This document shows, piece by piece, positions 34,450 through 44,686 of a DNA stretch of 64,000 bases. The notes under the pieces are model-generated. The model saw only the letters and a program-made list of their open reading frames with translations, did no database searches and was not told where the DNA came from. Numbering within the stretch: position 1 is the first letter of the stretch; the number at the start of each line of letters is the position of its first letter. Source of the DNA: Blastocladiella emersonii ATCC 22665 (Eukaryota > Fungi > Blastocladiomycota). Location: NCBI GenBank assembly GCA_025594325.1, contig JANHCV010000001.1, positions 4,154,001-4,218,000 on the forward strand, read 5' to 3'. A program made the translations under genes and the position numbers.

Positions 34450-34836
34450 CGCGTGCCTCGACCGCCTCATCGGACTTGGGATTAAACCACCGTTCGATGA
34501 GAGCGTTGCCAAGGAACGAGAAAAGCCGCCGTTCGTCACGAGCCGTTTGTTTCCTGAATCGCAAGTGAACTCGCGCGTCACGACCACGGCCATGGCCGCC
34601 GAGACAAATTTGTCGTACCAAAACAAGTGATAGAGGTCGCAACGGCCCTTTAGCTCGGCACTCTCCGCTCAGCGACGATCATGACCATGGACTCACGAGT
34701 TCAAGGTGTCCTGCTGAGTGATTGAACGAAGAAGAAGTTCGAAGCCGACTACTTCAAAGAACGGTGAGGCTGTACGTCGCGGCCGCGCCCATAACCATGG
34801 TCATCGAGAATACCCAACGAGAATCAGGACGCACGG
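34450..34836. repeat. Diverged outer extension of the inverted repeat (left)
   Basis: Matches the reverse complement of ~51553-52016 in blocks, e.g. CGACCACGGCCATGGCCGCCGAGAC vs CGACCACGACCATGGCCATCGAGAC and AGCCGACTACTTCAA vs AGCCGAGGACTTCAA, with indels. Outer limit approximate. Confidence 0.7.
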
Positions 34837-35129
34837 GCACAACAGCCTCGCTGAGCAGGTTCACCGTGGCCGCGGCCACGGCCATCGTTAGATCGATGGT
34901 ACCTTTCTGCTTGCCAGTAACCATGCCTGACCACACAACTTGGACAAGCAAGGACGCAAAACGAGATTGCGCAGGGACGGGCGGAAAACGAGAACGCGAC
35001 CACCAACCACTACGACCACGAACCACTCAGCCACGAGAAAATATAAGCATACACACACGACAACTACTATTGAAGAATACAACTAGGAGATCACACCCGA
35101 GAAACACACACAACCGAAACAAAAGAAAC

Positions 35130-37049
35130 TTAGGCAAGGAGGGCGACGACGATGGCCGCGGCCGCGACGGCAACGGCCGAGCCTGCAGCAACACCAGCCG
35201 CAGAGCTGACCTTGGACGACGACGGGGCACCAGCACTGGTCGAGAGGGCCTGGACGGCGGGGATGGCCGACTCGGAGTAGTCGTCCTTGACGGCGGCGGC
35301 GACGAACGCGGCCGACTCGGCGGTCAGGTCCTGGATCGTGGGCAGCGTCGCGACGTAGGCCGGGTTGTCGTTGGCCTTGACGGCAATCTCGCGGTTCAGG
35401 TCGTCGCGGACGGCGTTGAGCGCGGCCTCGGCGGCGCGCATCTTGGCAATGGCGACCTCGCGCGGGATCATGGGCATGAGCTTGGTGATGAGGACCTCGG
35501 GCATGGGCGCGACGGCGGCGAGCTGGTAGTCCTGCGCCGTGATCGTGGTCGTGGTCGTCGAGTTGGCGGCGGCGAGAGCCGTGACGTTGGTCTGGTTGGC
35601 GGGGGCAGCAGCGGGGGCGGTGCCGTTGAAGGGAGCCGTGGCGTTGACGCTGAGCGGGGTCGGGAACACGGCCGAGGTCGCCGTCGCCGTCTTGGTAACC
35701 GTGGCCGAGGCCGAGGCCGTGGCGGTGGAAGTCGAGTTACTGGCGGCCTCGCCCTCGCGCAGCGCACGGAGCGCGCGCTGGGCACGCTCGCCGGGGCCGA
35801 CGTTGTTGGGGACCGAGTCGTACGTGTAGCACAGGCGCGAGCGGTAGTAGAGCATGTCGCGGTTGGTGTAGCGCGACTCGTACAGGACGGTGCCGGCCGA
35901 CGCCTCGACCTTGAGCTCGCCCGCGGCCGTGTCGAGGTTGACAAAGTTGGCGGGGCTCAGTCCCTGCCACTATGTTACGAATGCGCGCGATGGAATCGTT
36001 TGGTCAGTCACTGGTTTGAGATGCGAGGAATGCGGGTGGTGAGGGGCGGGCGGGGATGTGAAAAGCGGTGAAGTGGGACCACGGCCAGCTCCCTCGACCA
36101 CTCCCTCGACCCCCTCGACCCCCAGAAACAACACAGATATCGTACCGTGGCCCAAAGGAGGTCGATATAGCAATGGTGGGCCCAGAAAGTCGGGTCGGCG
36201 GGCGAGATGTTGGGGTCGCCCATGTGGCCGCCGACGATGCCGTGCCACGAGTTGTGGGGCGAGTTCTCGATGGTGTTGGACATCTCGCCAAAGGTGCGGA
36301 AGCGGCGCATGGCCTCGGCCATGACCTGCGACTGCGGGAGCCACTCGAAGGCGCCGTTGTTGGGCGCGACCCACGGGTTGCGGGTGACGATGCGGCCCGT
36401 GTCGTCGGTCAGGCCGGCGAAGGGCGCCGAGAGTGGGCCGGCCTTCATCTCGCCGAGGCCCGAGGTGGTGAAAATGCTCGAGCGGGTCGGCGCGCGCGAG
36501 TCGGCGAGCTCGTTCCAGTACGGGAGGCCGGTCAGCACGTTGTTGGACGCCTTGATGAGCGCGTCCTCGAACTCGACGAGCAGGGCGCGGTGCATCGGCA
36601 GGAACTGCGTCGTCATGTGGTAGCGCATCCCGGTGCGGTGCTTGCGCGTGAACTGGTCGAGCTGGCCCGAGCGCTTCATGCTATTATTGACGAGGACGTG
36701 GTGGTGGTGGTGCGAGGGTGAGTGACGATGGATCTCGAGTCGAAAGAGGGAGTCGCGGCCGTGATCGGAAAGGTGATCGCGCGGGTAGTCGCTGCTCGGC
36801 CCCAAGAAACACATCAGTAGAGAAAAGAAAAGAAAAGTACCTCATGATGGCATCGGAAAAGGCCTTCTTCTCGGTGGCCGAGAGCGACGAGAAGGCGCGG
36901 CGGGTGCGGATACCGTTCGGGCACGCGGCGGCGGGGACCGCGGTCGGGGCGGGGGCGGCCGTCGCGCGGGTCGAGGTCGACGCACGCTGGGCGTTGGCGA
37001 GGTGCGCAAGCGCAAGGAGGAGCAGGAGGAGGGGCGCGGCGCGAGCCAT
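35130..37049 (-). CDS. Secreted tyrosinase-like (type-3 di-copper) protein with GPI-like tail, copy 1 (3 exons)
   Basis: Signal peptide; RTRRAFSSLSATEKKAF; CuA RKHRTGMRYHMTTQFLPMHR; GLPYWN; CuB HNSWHGIVGGHM...DPTFWAHHCYID; LCYTYD; S/T/A linker and hydrophobic C-terminus. Confidence 0.85.
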
Positions 37050-38172
37050 GGTCGATCGTCTATTGTATAGAAGGGAGTCTATGGGGGTGGGTGGCAAAGG
37101 GGGTGGAGGAGGGAGCTCGGGAGCAGGATCACTCGAGGAAATGCGCAAGTAGAAGACGACGGCGGATGAGGACTCGTTCGTGGAGACGGGGCGGGGAGGG
37201 CAAGCTTCTTATACGCGGCCGCCCGCTCGCTGAGCCTTGACGCAGCGGCGACGTGGCCGAAGAGCTGGGCCAGCAGCATGGCCAGCGCGGGCCAAGCAAG
37301 CGGGCGATGGATGGTGGCTCGGCTCGGGCCCGCCCGTATCCACCTCGCTGGGAACGGTCGGGCATGGGCAAGCGGCAGGATTTTCTTTCCCGTTCACTCG
37401 CCGTGTGTACGGGCAGCGATTAATATCGCAGCACAAAGAAGCTGAGACGGCCGAGGCAAGCGCAGTCGGGCCACAAGCGCAAGCAACGCGTCGAGCTGTT
37501 GCATCGTTTCACTCTTGGCGCGTCGCTGTCGGCGTCGACGGAGGTGGCTGCGGTGTTTCACGCGTGGTAGAGCGGGGCCGCGATCATCCATCGGGTGCGC
37601 TGCAAACCGTAGATCCAAATTGGACGACCCTGCAACGTGTTCCTAGTTCTTCCGCGGCGACCCGGCACGGGCGCCGACGCCGACGCCGAGTGACGTCGTC
37701 TGTCCGGAGAAACGGGACCCAGAGGCCGACCGGCATGGCGGCGTTGATCAGTCCGTGAGCTCGGTGCTCGGCCAGCCGGGTCATTCCATGCTGCGGGCTT
37801 TTCCAACTGTTGCAAGCTGTTCTTCGCGGCGCTCGGCCATCTTGAAGCGGGGGGCAAAGAAACGTGTTCTTGCCCGTTGGTTGCTGTTGCACTCGGGCAC
37901 CCTCGTCTTGGCGTCCCGCCGCCCGGCCCAGCAGCAGCGCCCTGTTCGCGTGAAATTATTCAAGCGCTTCGCAAGAGTGATGCAACGCTCCCGGAGGTGA
38001 AGCTGGGTCGCGCCGTGTCGCGTCGCGTCGCGCGCGTGTGTGACTCCGTGATAGCAATCGTGATCGCAGTGATCGCGATGGGATCACATGGCTCGGCTGC
38101 TGCTGCGCCACCCACACACCCACACCGCAGCACCCCGAGGTCGTCATTTTCATCATCGGGAGTGGCGAGGGC

Positions 38173-39711
38173 TTGCACCAACGAGCGACCGACTGGACCC
38201 ACCCAACCTCGCGTGCTCGCTCGTGCACTTGCTCCTCTCACGGCAACAAAAAACGTCATGTAAACACCATGAAGCAGGTGCACAACGACACCACGCACTC
38301 GTGGTCCACCTCGTGGGTTGGCTGGGCGCACCAGCATCATCCCGGGCATATCGCGAGCGGCGGCGAGCCTTGGGTCCCACCCACCCCGCCGTCCGTTCCA
38401 TCATCACCGACACGCGAGTGGTCGAGCGCGCTGCGCGAATCGAAGGAGATGCGCGACTGTCATATGTGCTCCTTGGCGAGCGGCGGGCACTCTTTGAGCT
38501 CGCTTGCATCGGGAGCTCGCACGCCAACATTCTGCGCCGTAACTGAGCCATATCGGGACCGTGATTCGAACAGGCTCGCAGTGTCATTCGGCAGGCTGCC
38601 CGACGAGCTCGTCGCAAACATCGCGCTCAGGTATCTCGACCGGCGCTCACTCATGGCGCTTGCAGCAGCGTGCCGCCGCGTGCGAACGGCGGTGCTCGCG
38701 GACACGGCCGTCGTGCGTGGGCGGCTTCGCGTTGACCTTGGCCCGCTCGCTGGCCTGCTCGACGACGACCGCCTACGCCTCCTCGTGCAGACCGACTTTC
38801 GGTCCGTCGTCGAAGAGCACCCCGCGTGGAGCCGGGTCACGCTCGAACCTCTGACGCGTCCACGTGCGACGACGGAGCAGGAGCGCGCCGTCGATGCGCA
38901 GCAGCACACCCAACAGCTCCGCTGCAACGTGGGCACATCAACCGAGCCCGCTCCTCAAATCTGTACGGTCCCGTGGGTGCGCGAGCTGGACCTGAGCGAG
39001 GCCCGCGTGACGCACCTCGATGCGCTGACGCACGGCATGGCGCCGAGCTCCCCGTCAGCAGCACCGACCTCGTCTTCGCTCGACTTGCGACATCTCCATC
39101 TCGCGGGCACTCGCCACTTTTTCCCGGCCCAGCAGTTCCGGCTACCCGCCGCCGCCGCCCCTTCAACCGTCGCAGCATTCCCGCCACCCCCGTCACCGCC
39201 GCGCAACGATCAGGACTGCGATGTCGTGCCGCCAGTGCAACCAACACTGCCGTCCGCGCTTCTGAACTCGCTCGAGCGGTACCCATGGATGTTCCACCTT
39301 CGCTCACTTTCGCTCGCCAACACGGTCGGCGTGACGGATACGACGCTCCACGCACTCGCGGCGCACCTCTGCCCCAATCTTGCCGAGCTTGACCTTGCGT
39401 ACTGCGACCACATCAGCGACGCGGGCGTGGCAGCGCTGCTCCGTGCCCCTGCTACCGTGGCGCCGAGGCTCTGGCAGCGCCTGCGGCTCACAGGATGCGT
39501 CCGTATCGAAGGAACGACGCTCATCGCCCCTGTCTCGGTGGTCCACCTCGATCTGTCACTTACAGCCGTTGGCGCCTCGGTGCTGAGCGAGTGCTGCAAC
39601 TCGCCGGCCGTGCTGTGGGTCAAGGCGCGCGCCTGCGCGTTCGTGGAGCCGGACGAGGCCCAAGCCGTGCAGCGTGCGTTCCGCGCCTCCGGTAAGACCT
39701 TGTTGATGTGA
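38173..39711 (+). CDS. F-box/leucine-rich-repeat protein, copy 1 (true start probably downstream, e.g. ATG 38449)
   Basis: F-box FGRLPDELVANIALRYLDRRSLMALAAACRRVR. AMN1-type LRRs LRSLSLANTVGVTDTTLHALA, CPNLAELDLAYCDHISDAGVAAL, LQRLRLTGCVRI. Confidence 0.8.
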   Translation: MHQRATDWTHPTSRARSCTCSSHGNKKRHVNTMKQVHNDTTHSWSTSWVGWAHQHHPGHIASGGEPWVPPTPPSVPSSPTREWSSALRESKEMRDCHMCSLASGGHSLSSLASGARTPTFCAVTEPYRDRDSNRLAVSFGRLPDELVANIALRYLDRRSLMALAAACRRVRTAVLADTAVVRGRLRVDLGPLAGLLDDDRLRLLVQTDFRSVVEEHPAWSRVTLEPLTRPRATTEQERAVDAQQHTQQLRCNVGTSTEPAPQICTVPWVRELDLSEARVTHLDALTHGMAPSSPSAAPTSSSLDLRHLHLAGTRHFFPAQQFRLPAAAAPSTVAAFPPPPSPPRNDQDCDVVPPVQPTLPSALLNSLERYPWMFHLRSLSLANTVGVTDTTLHALAAHLCPNLAELDLAYCDHISDAGVAALLRAPATVAPRLWQRLRLTGCVRIEGTTLIAPVSVVHLDLSLTAVGASVLSECCNSPAVLWVKARACAFVEPDEAQAVQRAFRASGKTLLM

Positions 39712-40706
39712 ACAGACTTGGAGGATTAATAGTCTTGAATCAATGGGTGTCGCTACTCGTGTGCGACGAGTTTGAGCGGATTTTGCGGTACTGGCCATGC
39801 TCACGAGCTTCAAGCGTGCGGCTTAGATCAGGTGGGTGGCGCAGCGCGTCGACGAGCCTTCAACCGTTGGGCCCGATGGCCTTGAAAGGAAGCTCATCTC
39901 ATCGCCGATTCCACCGCCGTGGCCAAACACGTCCTGAACGAACACTGCGCCAATCACGACGCGGGAATGGCTGACCCACGCTGCCTTCCGCACATCGCGA
40001 ACGCGCACGCGCACGCTCACCGGCGGGCGTCGGTTGAATTCAGACCCCATCAAGTCGTAGCGGCGCCACAATGCGCCTGGTCACCGGGCCATGCATACGC
40101 CGTCAGCCTGACCAACCTTGGCCCGAGCTTAGCCAGCCAGCTACCGGGCGATGTGAGCAACGCGACGGGTGCGGCATCGCCCCATTCCGCTCCACCCGCT
40201 GCGTTTCCAGCGACTGGTGCAGCGTTCGGGCAGGCCGTGCATGGGCGCTCATTTCGCGGCGGTTGATTGGCTTTCCCGACTTGGCACGCACGCGTGGGCC
40301 CAGTCGGCGATACCCGGAGCAACGAACCCGTACGGCGTCGTGGGTGGGGTGGCTCAGCAGCAGCAACGGCGGTAACCTCAGCGGCACCTTGCGCTCAAAG
40401 AGGAAACGTGTCGGCTCTTCTCGCTGCTTCGCGCGGATACGGTTCCGACCTGCGCCGAAATGAGCTGTAATGAGCAGCAAATGAGACGTAGCGACTGTGC
40501 TGCATGGAGCGGCGGGCGGGCGAGCGAACGCTGGGTCGTTTCGGTGATCCGCCTCGCTCACCCTGGCTGGCGACCTCACGCTCGTCTCGCCCGCCGACCG
40601 CCCGCCCGAGGGTACAAATACCGCGCCTCCCCCGCGCCCCCGGCTCTCGATCCTCACCAAACAGTCAACCCAACCCTTCTCTCAACGCTATCACCAACCG
40701 GCCAAG

Positions 40707-41702
40707 ATGCAGATCATCGCCATCCTCGCCTCCATGGCCCTCCTCGCCGTCACGGCTTCGGCCGCCCCCGCCCCCTCGGCCTCGACCGGCGTCACCTGCG
40801 CCAAGACCTTCACGCCCGGCTTCAAGTCAACCATGACGTGCCACTGCCTCGCGTCGTGCACCGTCACCGGCCGCTGCTGCCCCGACTACGACGCCTTCTC
40901 CGCCTCGGCCTCGGCCTTCATGCGCTCCAAGGACATGGTGATCGCGCGCCGCGGCCCGACCACCGACCCCGCCAAGGACAAGCCGTACCACAAGTCCGAG
41001 CCCGCCATCACGGCCATGACGACCAAGGGCACCGGCAAGGACGCGGTCGCGCTGCTCACGGTGCGCCAGTGCACCTTCGAGGACGTGGCGCGCGCGCCCG
41101 CCAACCCGGGCAACGGCGACATGACGACCATGCAGATGCCCAAGTGGGAGCTGCGCGAGTGCAGCGAGGGCTACGACGTGGTCGCGCACAAGGCCGGCGG
41201 CAACGGCCAGCTCGTCGCCTTCGAGGACGCGGTCAAGGTGCCCGCGGCGGTGCGCGTCGCCGTCGGCCCGCTGCCGCCGACCGAGATCGCCACGATCCAG
41301 CCGTACCCGGCGCCGTGGAACGTCATGTACTACGCCGAGGTCAAGGGCGCGTCGGCCGCGTCGGCGTACAAGGCGGCGCTGGTGCACGAGCCGCTCGTGT
41401 CCGGGTTCACGGCCGACCTCAACAAGCGCGCGTCGGGCAAGCTCGGGTTCGACCCGACGACGGGCCGCAAGTGGTCGGTGCGCGCGGCCACGTTCGGCAC
41501 GGCCGAGCCCGTCAAGTACGCGCCGACGACGCAGGACGTGACGGCGCTCCAGCTCGACGAGGAGTTTGCGTCGCGCGCGCACTCGGCCAACTACCACGTC
41601 ACGCCGACCCGCGGCGGCTACCTGCGCCGCGTGTTTGACGGCCAGCAGTGGGTCGACACGGTCGATGCCCGCGGCAACCGCGTCGTGGCTTCCACTCTCT
41701 AA
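40707..41702 (+). CDS. Secreted protein with N-terminal somatomedin-B-like domain, copy 1 (331 aa)
   Basis: Signal peptide MQIIAILASMALLAVTASA; motif CHCLASCTVTGRCCPDY; intronless with strong codon bias. C-terminal domain not recognised. Confidence 0.8.
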   Translation: MQIIAILASMALLAVTASAAPAPSASTGVTCAKTFTPGFKSTMTCHCLASCTVTGRCCPDYDAFSASASAFMRSKDMVIARRGPTTDPAKDKPYHKSEPAITAMTTKGTGKDAVALLTVRQCTFEDVARAPANPGNGDMTTMQMPKWELRECSEGYDVVAHKAGGNGQLVAFEDAVKVPAAVRVAVGPLPPTEIATIQPYPAPWNVMYYAEVKGASAASAYKAALVHEPLVSGFTADLNKRASGKLGFDPTTGRKWSVRAATFGTAEPVKYAPTTQDVTALQLDEEFASRAHSANYHVTPTRGGYLRRVFDGQQWVDTVDARGNRVVASTL

Positions 41703-41763
41703 GGTGTCTTTTGGATGTGTCCTCTCCTCCCCTTTTACCCTATCTAGTCCTAGAAGTGTTTCC

Positions 41764-41779
41764 GTGTGTGTGTGTGTGT
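41764..41779 (+). repeat. (GT)8 microsatellite in the 3' region of the SMB-like gene; mirrored as (AC)8 at 44610-44625
   Basis: Read directly; same length in both arms. Confidence 0.9.
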
Positions 41780-42313
41780 CTCCCCTTGTGTGCCTTATCC
41801 TGTCGGTATCCCCTCCCAAAAGTGCAATACAAACTTAACGCTCAGCGTGTTCTTCTCCAACGTTTGATTGTGGCTACGAGTGAGCTTTGGCCCGTGGTCT
41901 GCGCGAAGAAAAGAAGAGAAACTACAAAACATGAGTACGGAGAGAGTGGCCGCGCTCAGTTGGTGTCCCGGCACTCGTTCGTTCCGCGGAGCGTCGCAAA
42001 GGACGCGTCGAGATATCACGTGCGCATGAGCCTCACGTGCAGCTGTCTCACGCGGCCGCGCGCCGCGCGCCGCCGTGCCCCATTTAGGCGACGGCGCGCT
42101 TCGTAAAACAGCCACGGCACAGTCGAGTGGTTAGAACACGCAGGACCCCGCACCCTGGAATGGGGATGCCGCCGCCTGCGCTGAACGAAGCGCTTAGCTT
42201 TTGCTTAGCTTTTGCTTCGGACCCCGATCCTGCCCTTCGGTTGTTATCAATCCTATTCTCTGCAATCAAAGTTTTTTTTGACGGGAGAAACTGCATATGC
42301 GACGACTTCTCGA

Positions 42314-43790
42314 TCAGTCGAACAGGTCCACGTCGCCCACGTTGACGCCGTCAATCAGGATCTCGCCCGAAGCCCACTGGACGAGGCGGAAGATGGCTGT
42401 CGCAAGGTTAACCTTGCTGGCACCCGTGCGGCCGCAGCACGCGAGGCGCGAGCGCGGCGGGACCTTGAAGTTGATGTCGTGCAGCAAGAAACCCGTCGTC
42501 GCCGAGTACTGGGCCCTCAGGTCGCGCACCTCGACGGCGCCGTGCGCGGGCCAGCTGGGCGGGATCTGTGCCGCCGCGAGGCCGCCTAAGGGCTTCTGCT
42601 CGATGTGGTGCAGCCAGTGGTCTACGCTCGGCGCTGTTGACGTCTATTCCGACCATGGACTGCATGCGAACCGGCTACATGGCGCAGTCGACCGCGTTGA
42701 GTGCGTACGACAGGATGGTGCCCATAAGCGCGGGGTCCATCCACGAGCGCGACAGCACGAGCACGAAGCCCGTCGACAGCACAATGAAGGCACCGAGCAG
42801 GTCGGTGCGCACCGTCAGCCACCGGTTGCTGACCCACAGGAAGAAGAAGGCGCGGTGGTTGACGTCGATGCGCTTGTACAGCTCGGTCAGGAACCGGGTC
42901 TCGTGGCGGTAGGTACGCGCGGATCACCAACGTGCGCGTGAGCGTCTCGGAGAAGAGCGAGAAACTCGGGCTGCGCGTCAACGAGTCGATGCGCTTGAGC
43001 TAGCGGCTGGTCGCGAGGACCAGGTTCGACAGAGAAAGGTAGGCGAGGCCGATCGGGACGAGGAACACGAGGAACGCGGGCACGGCGATCACGATCAGGA
43101 CGAGAATTGACGCGAGCTGGTACCCGTTGATGAGGCCGTCGACCAGGTCGCGGGTGAGCTCGCGGTCGATGGCCTTCATGTCGCGCGACAAGCGGTTGAT
43201 GATGCGGCCGAGCTGCGTCACGTCCAAGAAGCGGATCTTGGCTTACAGCAGGTTGGGGAACACCTCGTCGTGTAGGTATCGCGAAGCGCGCACCGACCCG
43301 CGGAACTGCACGACGAGGCGCGCTCCGATGGCCACGAGCGTGAGTGCGCCGATCAGCACGTAGACGAAAATGAACCACGTTACGCCGACGCGTGGGCCAC
43401 CGGCGGCCAGCATGTTGTAAGCGTTGGTCCAGTACTGCATACACAGGTCCTGGCCGACGAGGCCGAGCTGCTTCAGGAACAGGAACGCGATCAGGAACGC
43501 CCGGCACGGCAGGCCAACGGCTGCGTCGATCCATGCACGGTACACGCGCCACTCGACTCCGTCGCAGGAACAGTCCTTCTCGATGACTGTGTGGCCCATT
43601 TGCGCGTTCTCGGCGTCAGGAGCGGCCGCAGTGACGGCGGTCGCGCTTTCCTCGGACGCCACCGTGGCGGCCGACGACTTCTCGACGCTGCCCGTGGACG
43701 GCAGGCTGGGCTGGCGCGGGCGAGGGTACTCGAACGCGAGCAGCGCGGCAGCACTGTTTTTTTTGGCAGCGAACAAGCATCTGGCACGTA
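42314..43790 (-). pseudogene. ABCC/MRP (Ybt1/Bpt1-like) transporter pseudogene fragment: linker, TMD2 and N-half of NBD2
   Basis: LL*AKIRFLDVTQLGRIINRLSRD, TSR*LKRIDSLTRSP, SNRWLTVRTDLLG, M*PVRM, PPSWPAHGAVEV, degenerate Walker A CCGRTGASKVNL. Stops at 43243, 43000 and 42675, at least two frameshifts, truncated at the arm boundary. Confidence 0.88.
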
Positions 43791-43837
43791 CTGCTCTCGG
43801 GGTCAGTGAGACAAGGCCGGCCACGTTCTTGAAGAAC

Positions 43838-43990
43838 CGCACCGCAAATTTTATCCCCATGAGTGTCCTCGACGCGGGCCGCGTCGCGCAGTTTAGGCTC
43901 ACCGCACGAGCTCATGCTGCAAGACGGCATCTTTCACTGCATGTGCCGTAAGGGCAACGACTTTGAATTGCTGTTGCTCGCCCCCCCCCC
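43838..43990 (+). pseudogene. Extreme C-terminal fragment of an ABCC transporter, in opposite orientation to the TMD2 fragment
   Basis: VLDAGRVAQF/(frameshift)GSPHELMLQDGIFHCMCRKGNDFELL resembles the ABCC C-terminal consensus V(L/M)DAG.V.E(F/Y)D.P..LL....F..MC..SG.L..L. Confidence 0.72.
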
Positions 43991-44686
43991 CAAGCAATCA
44001 GATCAACACCTCGATCACTGTGCATTCCTCCCCGACTCGCACCTCGCTATACCTATCGTTGGTCTGTTCGACTGATCGAGAAGTCGTCGCATATGCAGTT
44101 TCTCCCGTCAAAAAAAACTTTGATTGCAGAGAATAGGATTGATAACAACCGAAGGGCAGGATCGGGGTCCGAAGCAAAAGCTAAGCAAAAGCTAAGCGCT
44201 TCGTTCAGCGCAGGCGGCGGCATCCCCATTCCAGGGTGCGGGGTCCTGCGTGTTCTAACCACTCGACTGTGCCGTGGCTGTTTTACGAAGCGCGCCGTCG
44301 CCTAAATGGGGCACGGCGGCGCGCGGCGCGCGGCCGCGTGAGACAGCTGCACGTGAGGCTCATGCGCACGTGATATCTCGACGCGTCCTTTGCGACGCTC
44401 CGCGGAACGAACGAGTGCCGGGACACCAACTGAGCGCGGCCACTCTCTCCGTACTCATGTTTTGTAGTTTCTCTTCTTTTCTTCGCGCAGACCACGGGCC
44501 AAAGCTCACTCGTAGCCACAATCAAACGTTGGAGAAGAACACGCTGAGCGTTAAGTTTGTATTGCACTTTTGGGAGGGGATACCGACAGGATAAGGCACA
44601 CAAGGGGAGACACACACACACACACGGAAACACTTCTAGGACTAGATAGGGTAAAAGGGGAGGAGAGGACACATCCAAAAGACACC

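Larger units (their letters stand above)
34837..42325 (+). repeat. Left arm of a 7,489-bp inverted repeat
   Basis: Every ORF in this interval has an identically translated mirror ORF whose coordinates sum to 86389. Boundaries read from sequence: GCACAACAGCCT at 34837 and ...GTCGAACAG ending 42325. Confidence 0.95.

Noticed and set aside
42190-42215. 11-bp tandem duplication GCTTAGCTTTT x2 (mirrored near 44175-44200)
   Set aside because: Simple slippage-type duplication with no further structure; adds nothing beyond arm identity.
42115-42230. tRNA- or SINE-like look (GGCACAGTCGAGTGGTTAGA ... GCTTCGGACCC) near the inner arm ends
   Set aside because: Only loose A/B-box resemblance; no cloverleaf or acceptor-stem pairing could be built.
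42326-44063. RIP-like C-to-T hypermutation as the cause of the ABCC stops
   Set aside because: Only one stop (TGG to TAG) is clearly a transition, the ancestral codons of the others are unknown, and the duplicated arms themselves show no mutation load.
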